This document shows, in pieces, positions 8,674 to 16,032 of a stretch of 18,246 bases of DNA. The stretch is from positions 1-18,246 of the forward strand of contig JBEPZV010000044.1 in the NCBI GenBank assembly GCA_041640655.1. The letters are read 5' to 3'. Numbering within the stretch: the stretch's first letter is position 1; each line of letters opens with the position of its first letter. The stretch comes from a bacterium (GTDB taxonomy: Bacteria > Acidobacteriota > Blastocatellia > HR10). The notes below the pieces were generated by a model. That model made no database searches and was not told where the DNA came from. It saw only the letters and a program-made list of their open reading frames with translations. The position numbers and the translations under genes were made by a program.

Positions 8674-8696
8674 AGCGAATGGGACTCGATTGAAAA

Positions 8697-8726
8697 AAGA
8701 GGATTGCGACTAAGAGGATTGCGACT
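8697..8726 (+). repeat. Perfect 15-bp tandem direct repeat, 2 copies
   Basis: AAGAGGATTGCGACT at 8697-8711 and 8712-8726, ending 4 nt before the tRNA. Confidence 0.95.
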
Positions 8727-8730
8727 GACG

Positions 8731-8808
8731 CGGGACGTGGCGCAGCCTGGCTAGCGCGCTTGCTTGGGGTGCAAGAGGTCGCCGGTTCAAATCCGGCCGT
8801 CCCGACCA
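8731..8808 (+). tRNA. tRNA-Pro (anticodon GGG)
   Basis: Acceptor stem CGGGACG/CGTCCCG, discriminator A and encoded CCA; anticodon arm CTTGC-TTGGGGT-GCAAG (GGG at 8766-8768); T arm GCCGG-TTCAAAT-CCGGC. Confidence 0.98.
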
Positions 8809-8814
8809 CCTCCC

Positions 8815-9948
8815 TTACTCCCGCGTGATGAATTCTCGTTCTAGGGCCTGAAGCGTCTCCACGATGCCCGTGTACGCCAGCTCCGTATGTGAGGCCATCG
8901 TCGGTCCGATGAAGCCCTGACGTCGCCACTCGTCGGCCTTGGCCTGAACCTTCAAGCGCGTTTGGTCCCAGACGGGCCCGCCGAACATATCCACACATTC
9001 CTCGGCGAAACGCCCCTCAGCATCCATGGAGAAGGCCAGGCAGGAGACGATGGGCAGGCAGAATGGTCCGGTCACCGGTGTGTTGATGGGCACGGGCATG
9101 ATGGGCATCACGTGCGAACCCCGGGCATCGCCAGCGACGAAGTGTCCGAGCATGAAGGGCTCGACGATCTCCTCAGGGGCCGGAAAGATGCCTTGCGTGC
9201 GGACGATCGCCACCGGATCGTCCTTGCCCGTGTATCGGCCGGCAATATTGTGCAAGCGCGTGGCCGAGACGGCGACGATCTGCTCGTCGGGCTTGTAGCG
9301 CGAATGAATCGCCTCGACGGCGAACCGATCCGGGTTCTGCAAGAGCGTGGCCACGTCCCAGATGCGTTCGGGGACATCGAGCCGGATGATCCGATCCCGA
9401 TCCTTGGCGTCCATGTCAATGATCGTGAAGGTGAATCCCTGATGCATCTTGGGATTGAGGAGCAATCCCCCGTTGTGCATGGGATCGCAGAAGGCGGCGT
9501 AGAGGGGGTAATTGTACGCGCCCGGACTGCACTTGTCGGCGGCGAAGATGAGGAACGCTTCCGCCGGACGATCCTTGCTCTGCGGATCCCGCTCGAACTC
9601 GATCTCGGCGACGGCCGGACCCGCCCCGCGAATATTCCCCGAGGGCGCATCCACCAGCAGGTCTTGTCCGGCGCCGTAGAGCCCTTGTTTGCGCGCGACT
9701 TCGGTCGCCGCCAGGAAGCACTCCCAGGCGAAGCGATGCACGGCCGGTGCCCCCACCCCATGCGTGTGGCTCATGATGAGGGCGATGTCATCGCCCGTGA
9801 ACGTGACCAGCCCATCAATGAGCAGACCTTTGGCGGAGCACGCCGATCGCATCATCTCCCGAACGGCATGAAGCATCCGCTCAGAGGGACGCGTGTGACC
9901 TCCAATAGACCCGACGTCGGCTTTGATGACAGAGAGTGTGACTCTCAT
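8815..9948 (-). CDS. fbp: Fructose-1,6-bisphosphate aldolase/phosphatase (class V, archaeal-type FBPase)
   Basis: TLSVIKADVGSIGGH, GDDI, GLYGAGQDLL, SGNIRGAGP, AADK, LHNIAGRYTGKDDP, RGSH and ELAYT motifs. Confidence 0.95.
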   Translation of the reverse strand: MRVTLSVIKADVGSIGGHTRPSERMLHAVREMMRSACSAKGLLIDGLVTFTGDDIALIMSHTHGVGAPAVHRFAWECFLAATEVARKQGLYGAGQDLLVDAPSGNIRGAGPAVAEIEFERDPQSKDRPAEAFLIFAADKCSPGAYNYPLYAAFCDPMHNGGLLLNPKMHQGFTFTIIDMDAKDRDRIIRLDVPERIWDVATLLQNPDRFAVEAIHSRYKPDEQIVAVSATRLHNIAGRYTGKDDPVAIVRTQGIFPAPEEIVEPFMLGHFVAGDARGSHVMPIMPVPINTPVTGPFCLPIVSCLAFSMDAEGRFAEECVDMFGGPVWDQTRLKVQAKADEWRRQGFIGPTMASHTELAYTGIVETLQALEREFITRE

Positions 9949-10020
9949 GGCCTCTCCCCTCCCGAAGAACGTTCATCGCCCAATCTCCGGATCCTCATCA
10001 CGCGTAATCCGGGAGCTGCT

Positions 10021-10029
10021 ATTATAGCA
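10021..10029 (-). promoter_or_regulatory. Extended -10 promoter for the FBP aldolase/phosphatase gene
   Basis: Minus-strand TGCTATAAT (perfect TGn-TATAAT) 72 nt upstream of the ATG; weak -35; SD-like GGAGGGGAGAGG before the start. Confidence 0.65.
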
Positions 10030-10057
10030 TCGGGGTTCCTCTCGGGGAAACGCGCGT

Positions 10058-10765
10058 TCATCCTCTGAGCGAGAGCGGATTGAATCGCGTCTGGTCATCG
10101 TAGGCATCCAGGCCCTCGACTCGCTTCAGAAAGGCGACGATCGCATACGTCGCGGGCGTCGCGGTGGCCTCATAGAGCGACTTCACGAGCCATTGGGTGA
10201 GGAAGGCGCGCAGCAGGGCTTGAAGTGGGATCGTCCCGGCGAAGGCGAGCGTCAGAAACAGCCCCGAGTCCACGGCTTGGCCGACGAGCGTGGAACCGAT
10301 CGTGCGCATCCAGAGCCAGCGCCCACGTGTGACGATCTTCAGCCGGGCGAGCACGTAAGCATTGGTGAACTCGCCGAAGAGATAGGCCAGGAATGAGGCC
10401 GCGAGCAGACGCGGCGTGTAGCCGAGGATGCGTTCATATGCCGCCTGCCCATCCCAGAACGGCGCCGGGGGCAGGATCTGCCCGATCCAAATGGCGATGA
10501 CCGTCAGGAGATTGCAGAAGAAGCCGAGCCAGATGACGCGCCGCGCCTGACGATAGCCATAGACCTCCGTGAGGACGTCGCCGAAGATATAGCTGATCGG
10601 GAAGACGACGACTCCGGCCGGGACGATCCAGCCACGAATCTCCACGAGCTTGATGCCCGTGATGTTCGCCGCGATCAAGCAGGTGATGAATCCGGCGGTG
10701 ATGAGGACGAACCAGATCGAGTATCCGCGCGCGACGTCGAGGTCAGAGCTTGAACCGCTTCTCAT
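10058..10765 (-). CDS. Queuosine precursor transporter (VUT family, YhhQ/COG1738-like)
   Basis: ANITGIK, GVVVFPISYIFGDVLTEVYGYRQARRVIWLGF, PRLLAASFLAYLFGEFTN, LWMRTIGSTLVGQAVDS and C-terminal FNPL; multiple TM helices. Confidence 0.9.
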   Translation of the reverse strand: MRSGSSSDLDVARGYSIWFVLITAGFITCLIAANITGIKLVEIRGWIVPAGVVVFPISYIFGDVLTEVYGYRQARRVIWLGFFCNLLTVIAIWIGQILPPAPFWDGQAAYERILGYTPRLLAASFLAYLFGEFTNAYVLARLKIVTRGRWLWMRTIGSTLVGQAVDSGLFLTLAFAGTIPLQALLRAFLTQWLVKSLYEATATPATYAIVAFLKRVEGLDAYDDQTRFNPLSLRG

Positions 10766-10982
10766 CCGATTGCCCTCGGGTCAATTCTCGCAGCAGCTCT
10801 TCCGCGCGACGTCGCTCGCGCTCGCGGCTCTCGCGGTCCAGCTCGAAGCTCACGCGAAGATGGTCACCGGCCGTTACCCCCGGCGGCAGATAGCGCATTG
10901 GAATGTCGAAGCGGATGCGATCATCCTCGTAGAGGTAGCACACGGCGGTGTCATCTTCGATCCGATCCACGACCAGCTTCAT
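10743..10982 (-). CDS. DUF3006 family protein
   Basis: VVDRIEDDTAV...IP...LPPGVTAGDHL...D.E..RERRRAEELLREL pattern; SD AAGGAG upstream; follows a ComEC-like MBL gene as is usual for this family. Confidence 0.85.
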   Translation of the reverse strand: MKLVVDRIEDDTAVCYLYEDDRIRFDIPMRYLPPGVTAGDHLRVSFELDRESRERERRRAEELLRELTRGQSDEKRFKL

Positions 10983-11015
10983 ACACCTGCTCCTTCAGCG
11001 CACTATGTCCCGGCT

Positions 11016-12104
11016 TCACCGGAGAACGTTCTCGCGGGGCGAAGCTCTCGGCGCTTGGCGCGACGATTCCATCGGGAGCGGAGAGCCCGCGCGCCCATTG
11101 CGCGGCGCCCAGGGCGAAGGCTCCTCGGCCCGGAAGCGCGGGCGTCGTCCGCGCCAGAGGTCCTCGGCGGCCACGGCGCGCTCGGTGTGAATCTCATAGC
11201 GGTGCCCATCCGTGCGCAGCACGATCTCGCCTTCGAGATCGGTCCGATGCAGCTCGCGCACCCAGCGGCGCAGCCGGTTGAGCGTCTCCGGCGCCGGATG
11301 GCCGTACTCGTTCTCCGCTCCGCAGGAGATGATCGCGACCTCGGGACGCGCGCGCTCCAGGAAGGCGGGCGTCGTCGAATGGCGCGACCCATGATGCGCG
11401 ACCTTGAGCACGCGCGCTTGAAGCGGCGCCGTCGTCCCGTCCTGTTCGAGGAGGCGTTCTTCGGTCTCTCGCTCGCTATCTCCTGTGAAGAGCATGGAGA
11501 ACGCGCCATACTGCAGCCGCGCGACGATCGAGTTCGCATTCTCGTCGCTGCGCGTCCCCCGAAGCCGCGTGGGGAAGGGGGCCAGGATCGAGAGCGTCAC
11601 GCCCGTCCCGATCTCGAATTCCTGCCCCGCCTCGGCGACGGCGAATCGAATCCCCTTCTCTCGGATCTTCTCCAGCATGCGCGTGTACGTGCGCGTCGGA
11701 TAGGGCTGGCCGCTGTCCAGGAACATGCGGACGGGGATGGTCTCAAGCACCGCCGTCATACCGCCGATGTGATCCGCATGCGGATGCGTGGCGATGACCA
11801 GATCCAGCTGCGCGACGCCGTATCGCGCGAGCGCCTCGCGCACGCGATCGGCCGCCTCCGGAGGACCGGCGTCAATGAGCACAGCCTTACGCTCCGGGGT
11901 GAGGATCAGGAAGCTATCGCCCTGTCCGACGTCGAGCGCGACGACCGTCAATCTCCCCGTCTCAGGAGGTGACGGACGCCGCCCGATCTCCAAACGATGG
12001 AGCAGGAGGGCGGCGATCAGCAGCAGGACGCCCAGAAGCAGCAACAGGAGCGTTCGACGAGGGTTTCTCGACGGTGCGGCGCGTGCTCTCAGTCGTCGAG
12101 CCAT
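11016..12104 (-). CDS. Stand-alone ComEC/Rec2-type metallo-beta-lactamase-fold hydrolase (putative nuclease) with an N-terminal membrane anchor
   Basis: LDVGQGDS, LIDAG, THPHADHIGG (HxHxDH), NANSIV, FTGD, LKVAHHGS, NEYGHP and RTDLEG; basic N-terminus then one long Leu-rich helix; no multi-pass competence domain. Confidence 0.9.
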   Translation of the reverse strand: MARRLRARAAPSRNPRRTLLLLLLGVLLLIAALLLHRLEIGRRPSPPETGRLTVVALDVGQGDSFLILTPERKAVLIDAGPPEAADRVREALARYGVAQLDLVIATHPHADHIGGMTAVLETIPVRMFLDSGQPYPTRTYTRMLEKIREKGIRFAVAEAGQEFEIGTGVTLSILAPFPTRLRGTRSDENANSIVARLQYGAFSMLFTGDSERETEERLLEQDGTTAPLQARVLKVAHHGSRHSTTPAFLERARPEVAIISCGAENEYGHPAPETLNRLRRWVRELHRTDLEGEIVLRTDGHRYEIHTERAVAAEDLWRGRRPRFRAEEPSPWAPRNGRAGSPLPMESSRQAPRASPRENVLR

Positions 12105-12111
12105 ATGCGCC

Positions 12112-13554
12112 TCAGCGCTCCGGCGTCAGGACGGGGCTGGCCGTCGCCGACTGGCCCACGCACCGGATGCGACGCGGCTGGTATTCGGGGTCAATTTCGG
12201 TCGGGTAGCGGCCCGTATAGCAGGCGGTGCAATAGCGAGTATCCTCCGGATCCCCACACGCGCGCAGCAGCGACTCGTAGCTCAAGTATCCGAGGCTCTC
12301 GGCGCCGAGGAAGCGACGGATCTCCTCGACGGACATTCGCGCGGCGATCAGCTCGTCCGTGCGCGGCGTGTCAATCCCGTAATAACAGGGGGCGATCGTC
12401 GGCGGGCAACTGATGCGCACGTGAATCTCGCGCGCGCCCGCCGCGCGGATCATCTGCACGATCTCGCGGCTTGTCGTCCCGCGCACGATCGAATCGTCCA
12501 CGAGCACGACGCGGCGATCGTCCAGCAGCTCGCGCACGGGATTGAGCTTGACCTTCACCCTCAGGTTTCGGATCGCGGCTCGCGGCTCGATGAACGTGCG
12601 CCCGACATAGTGGTTGCGCACCAACCCGAAGACCAGGGGGATTCCCGATTCCATCGAGTAACCGATGGCGGCCGCCACTCCGGAATCGGGGACCGGGACG
12701 ACGACGTCCGCCGAAGCCGGATGTTCGCGCGCCAGCAGTCGTCCCAGCAAGTAGCGGGACTGGCTCACGGGCCGACCGAAGACGATGCTGTCTGGGCGCG
12801 AGAAGTAGACGTGCTCGAAGATGCATTGCGTCGGGCGCCGTCGCGGAAAGGGGAAGAGCGAGCGCCGACCCGTTGCATCGACGACGATCATCTCGCCCGG
12901 TTCCACATCGCGTACGAGCGTGGCGCCGATCAGGTCGAAGGCGCAGCTCTCCGAGGCGAAGACCGTCGCCCCATCGAGAGTCCCCAACAGCAGCGGTCGA
13001 AAGCCGCGCGGATCGCGGACGGCGATCAGCGCCTGCGGCGTCGCGAAGAGCATCGAGTAAGCGCCCTCCAATCGGCTGAGCGCTTCGACGATCGCCCCCA
13101 GGAGATCGCGCGCGCGCGAACGCGCGATGAGATGAAGCACGACCTCCGTGTCGCTCGTGGATTGGAAGATCGCGCCCTCGCGCTCCAACTCCGCGCGCAC
13201 GCGCAGCGCTTCGGGCATGTTCCCGTTATGACAGACGGCGATCTGCCCACCGTGAAAACTGACGACCATCGGTTGCGCCTCGCGCAGGCTCACTTCCCCG
13301 GTCGTCGAATATCGCACGTGGCCGATAGCCGATCGGCCCGGTAGCGCGGCGAATGTCTCCTCGCGGAAGACATCGCTCACGTATCCCATCCCCCGAACCA
13401 CATGCAGGCGCTCCCCATCGGAGGTCGCGATGCCAGCCGATTCCTGCCCGCGATGTTGCAGAGCGTAGAGGCCGTAATAGGTCAAGCGAGCCGCTTCCTC
13501 ATGGTCGAAGATCCCGAAGACGCCGCACTCTTCGCGGAACTTGTCCTCGCTCAT
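12112..13554 (-). CDS. purF: Amidophosphoribosyltransferase, propeptide and Fe-S type
   Basis: 9-aa propeptide MSEDKFREE then catalytic CGVFG; ALQHRGQESAG, GHVRYST, HNGN, PRPP motif VVLVDDSIVRGTT; Fe-S ligand cysteines in CIFE, PCYYG and YCTAC. Confidence 0.98.
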   Translation of the reverse strand: MSEDKFREECGVFGIFDHEEAARLTYYGLYALQHRGQESAGIATSDGERLHVVRGMGYVSDVFREETFAALPGRSAIGHVRYSTTGEVSLREAQPMVVSFHGGQIAVCHNGNMPEALRVRAELEREGAIFQSTSDTEVVLHLIARSRARDLLGAIVEALSRLEGAYSMLFATPQALIAVRDPRGFRPLLLGTLDGATVFASESCAFDLIGATLVRDVEPGEMIVVDATGRRSLFPFPRRRPTQCIFEHVYFSRPDSIVFGRPVSQSRYLLGRLLAREHPASADVVVPVPDSGVAAAIGYSMESGIPLVFGLVRNHYVGRTFIEPRAAIRNLRVKVKLNPVRELLDDRRVVLVDDSIVRGTTSREIVQMIRAAGAREIHVRISCPPTIAPCYYGIDTPRTDELIAARMSVEEIRRFLGAESLGYLSYESLLRACGDPEDTRYCTACYTGRYPTEIDPEYQPRRIRCVGQSATASPVLTPER

Positions 13555-13578
13555 GGCCGACCGCCTCTCAACGCCTTG

Positions 13579-13607
13579 CTTTTATTACACGTGCTCGGAA
13601 AAGTCAA
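13579..13607 (-). promoter_or_regulatory. Putative sigma70 promoter for purF and downstream genes
   Basis: Minus-strand TTGACT (13607-13602), 17-nt spacer, TAAAAG (13584-13579) in a locally AT-rich patch; the -10 lacks the conserved final T. Confidence 0.45.
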
Positions 13608-13616
13608 TGGCGCGGC

Positions 13617-13860
13617 TCACACAGGAGCCATTTCGGGGTCTTCTCCAGATTCGCTCAACGCGCGCGCACACCCGGACGCCGCGCGTCCCACCTGTCGGCA
13701 TTCTTCGGGGTGCTCCAAGAGCCGCCGTGACCCAGTGATGGGCGCGCAGAGCAGCTCGTCTGGCCCTCGTTGGAGGGCGGCGAGCGTCCACCTTCGGGAC
13801 CATGACGCGCCGACGGCGCGCGCCGAGACCGATGCTTCCAAGATACCCCTCTCCATGGGA
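13617..13860 (-). pseudogene. Probable decayed fragment of a GT-B/GT4 glycosyltransferase C-terminal domain
   Basis: Ordered remnants: SHGEG (one frame), then ILEASVSARAVGAS, GPDELLCAP and RLLEHPEECRQVGRAA (next frame), resembling GT4 consensus SxxEG..LEAMASGRPVVAS..GENGLLVPP..RLLEDPELRRRMGEAA. Recognised by eye only. Confidence 0.45.
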
Positions 13861-13928
13861 GCCGCGATATGCGAGTCGGACGCTCATCTGGCGCGACAAC
13901 CCGCGATCCATGAGGACCTCGCGCGTGC

Positions 13929-15110
13929 TCACGATTCTGCGCCTCGCAGGGCGACGATCACCTCGCGAGCCCGCGCGCGCGCCCACGCGTCGGCCTGCAG
14001 CACATCCTCGATCGTGCGCGGCTCCTGCGGCTCGTGTTCGCGCATCACGCGTTCGATCACCGTGGCGATGGCCGGGAAGGGGAGACGATGCTCCAGGAAG
14101 GCCTGTACGGCGATCTCGTTCGCGGCGTTGAGGACGGCGGGCATCGTCCCTCCTCGCTGCAGCGCCTCGTAGGCCAGGCGCACGCAGGGGAAGCGCTCGA
14201 AGTCCGGCGGGTGGAATTCCAGATGCCAGGCCGAGGAGAGATCGAATCGTGGCAGCGGCGTCGGTCGCCGATCCGGATAGGTGAGCGCATACTGGATGGC
14301 ATACCGCATGTCGGTCGGTCCCAACTGCGCGAGGATGGAGCCGTCCACCAATTCGATCATCGAGTGCACGATGGATTGCGGGTGAATGAGAATAACGATC
14401 TGCTCCGGTGCGACGCCGAACAGCCAATGCGCCTCGATGACCTCCAGCCCCTTGTTCATGAGCGTCGCCGAATCAATGGTGATCTTCGGCCCCATGCGCC
14501 AGGTGGGATGCTGCAACGCTTGCTCGGGCGTGACGTGCGGGAGTTCGGTCGCCGGGAGCGTCCGAAAAGGCCCCCCGGAGGCCGTCAGGATCAGCCGCGC
14601 GACATCGCGGCGTCGAACCCCTTGCAGACATTGGTGCAGGGCGTTGTGCTCGCTGTCCACGGGCAGAATTTCGGCGCCGCTGGCGGCCGCTTGCTCGGTC
14701 ATCAAGCGACCGGCCATCACGAGCGTCTCCTTGTTGGCCAGAGCCACGCGTTTGCCCTGCTCCAGAGCCCGATAGGTGGGCAGAAGGCCCACGGCGCCGA
14801 CAGTCGCCACGAGCACGATGTCCACATCCGGCTGGGTCGCGACAGCGACAAGCCCTTCCGGTCCATGAAGGATCTGCGGGCGCCGGGACGCCCCCCGCCG
14901 ATCGAGCTCGGCGTCCAGCTCGGCCGCTGCTTCCGCCGTCGCCACCGAGACGAGACGAGGCGAGAATCGAACGATCTGATCGGCGAGCCGCGCGACATTC
15001 CGGCTGGCGGCCAATCCGATCACACGGAAGCCCTCCAGGTGTTCGAGCAGCGCGAGCGCGCTCGTGCCGATCGAACCTGTCGAGCCCAAGATGGCGATGC
15101 GCTTCGTCAC
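13929..15110 (-). CDS. dxr: 1-deoxy-D-xylulose-5-phosphate reductoisomerase
   Basis: ILGSTGSIG, LANKETLV, LPVDSEHNA, LTASGGPF, HPTWRMGPKITIDSATLMNKGLEVIEA and NAANE. Start set at GTG 15110 behind SD GAGGGAGG, not 15287. Confidence 0.98.
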   Translation of the reverse strand: MTKRIAILGSTGSIGTSALALLEHLEGFRVIGLAASRNVARLADQIVRFSPRLVSVATAEAAAELDAELDRRGASRRPQILHGPEGLVAVATQPDVDIVLVATVGAVGLLPTYRALEQGKRVALANKETLVMAGRLMTEQAAASGAEILPVDSEHNALHQCLQGVRRRDVARLILTASGGPFRTLPATELPHVTPEQALQHPTWRMGPKITIDSATLMNKGLEVIEAHWLFGVAPEQIVILIHPQSIVHSMIELVDGSILAQLGPTDMRYAIQYALTYPDRRPTPLPRFDLSSAWHLEFHPPDFERFPCVRLAYEALQRGGTMPAVLNAANEIAVQAFLEHRLPFPAIATVIERVMREHEPQEPRTIEDVLQADAWARARAREVIVALRGAES

Positions 15111-15180
15111 GGCCTCCCTCGCCGCTTCTGCGGTTTCGCGCCTTGGAGGAGCTCCCTCTGCCACAGACGATCCGAGCTGA

Positions 15181-15984
15181 TCATAATAGGAGAAGTCGGC
15201 TGTAGATGTAAATGATCGGCGCGTTGAAGAGGATGCTATCGGTGCGGTCCAGAATCCCCCCATGACCCGGGAGCAGGCGTCCGGCATCTTTCAGGTTCGA
15301 TCCGCGTTTGAGCATGGATTCGACCAGATCACCGATCTGTCCAATCACGTTCAGGATGAGCGCGAGCCCGATCGCGTGCCCGATCGGCAACGCTTCGAAG
15401 AACCAGAATTTCCCTCCCAGAGCGGCCAGCACGCTTCCCAGTACCCCCCCCGCAGCCCCTTCGATCGTTTTGCCCGGGCTCACACGCGGCGCCAGTTTGT
15501 GGCGCCCGAAGGCGCGCCCCACAAAATAAGCCGCCGTGTCGCCCGCGAAGATGACGAAGAAGAAGAGCGAGAGGAGCCGAGCCGCCATCCTCGCTTCCAC
15601 GCTCACGCGCAGGAGGATGAGGAACCCCAGGCACACGGCGACGTAGAGGACGCCGGCGACCGTCACGGCGCTCTCGGGCAGCACCCGCTCGAACCGCTCC
15701 GCCGTGAAGAGCGAGAGCGCGAGCGTGAGCGCCAGCAGCAGCAACAGGCCTCCCACGATCAGCAGCGCGTTCTGCTGGTAGAATCCGAAGAGGACGACCA
15801 GGGCCGTGGCATATCCGAGCCCGCGATCGCTCCGATATCCCGCGCGCTCAGCCAGGGTGTAGAACTCATGCAGGCCGATGAGCGTCCCGGCGACGACCCA
15901 TCCGATCAGGTAATGTGGGCTTGAGGCCCATAAGGCGAGAATGAAAAAGGGCAACAGAACGAGGGCCGTGAGCACTCGCGCCAT
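15181..15984 (-). CDS. cdsA: Phosphatidate cytidylyltransferase
   Basis: RVLTA start, DTAAYFVGRAFGRHKLAPRVSPGKTIEG and GDLVESMLKR...KDAGRLLPGHGGILDRTDS; lies between uppS and dxr. Confidence 0.96.
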   Translation of the reverse strand: MARVLTALVLLPFFILALWASSPHYLIGWVVAGTLIGLHEFYTLAERAGYRSDRGLGYATALVVLFGFYQQNALLIVGGLLLLLALTLALSLFTAERFERVLPESAVTVAGVLYVAVCLGFLILLRVSVEARMAARLLSLFFFVIFAGDTAAYFVGRAFGRHKLAPRVSPGKTIEGAAGGVLGSVLAALGGKFWFFEALPIGHAIGLALILNVIGQIGDLVESMLKRGSNLKDAGRLLPGHGGILDRTDSILFNAPIIYIYSRLLLL

Positions 15985-16032
15985 AGCTCTTCCTCCTCGC
16001 GCCTTCGCATGGGATCTCCGCCCGACGGTAGT

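Noticed and set aside
10739..10759. Minus-strand AGCGG-TTCAAGCTCTGA-CCTC at the start of the queuosine-precursor transporter resembles a preQ1-I riboswitch loop
   Set aside because: The P1 stem is mismatched, there is no A-rich 3' tail, and the sequence is coding (DUF3006 C-terminus and transporter N-terminus). A covariance-model search would settle it.
8731..12104. Possible tRNA-anchored genomic island covering fbp to the ComEC-like gene
   Set aside because: No integrase, no duplicated tRNA 3' fragment found, and the block is tightly coupled to the core gene purF.
11788..13344. 518-aa plus-strand ORF antisense to purF, and similar long antisense ORFs at 8962-10068, 10650-11972, 14034-15215 and 2847-3464
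   Set aside because: Shadow ORFs expected from high-GC codon bias opposite well-supported genes; no motifs of their own.
13632..13719. Two imperfect minus-strand repeats (TGGAG...ACCCCGAA) upstream of purF, suggestive of a glycine or other riboswitch
   Set aside because: The remaining aptamer motifs and stems are absent, they lie upstream of the candidate purF promoter, and the GT4-relic reading explains the region better.
13585..13911. 108-aa Arg-rich minus-strand ORF starting after a GAGG just downstream of dxr
   Set aside because: Composition is typical of a non-coding GC-rich frame, it has no recognisable domain, and it runs through the putative purF promoter.
15111..15287. Apparent 59-aa N-terminal extension of Dxr, and similar extensions on YqaA, the IHF-like protein and TruA in the ORF track
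   Set aside because: Artefacts of longest-ORF calling; downstream starts have better SD or coupling signals and match family N-termini.
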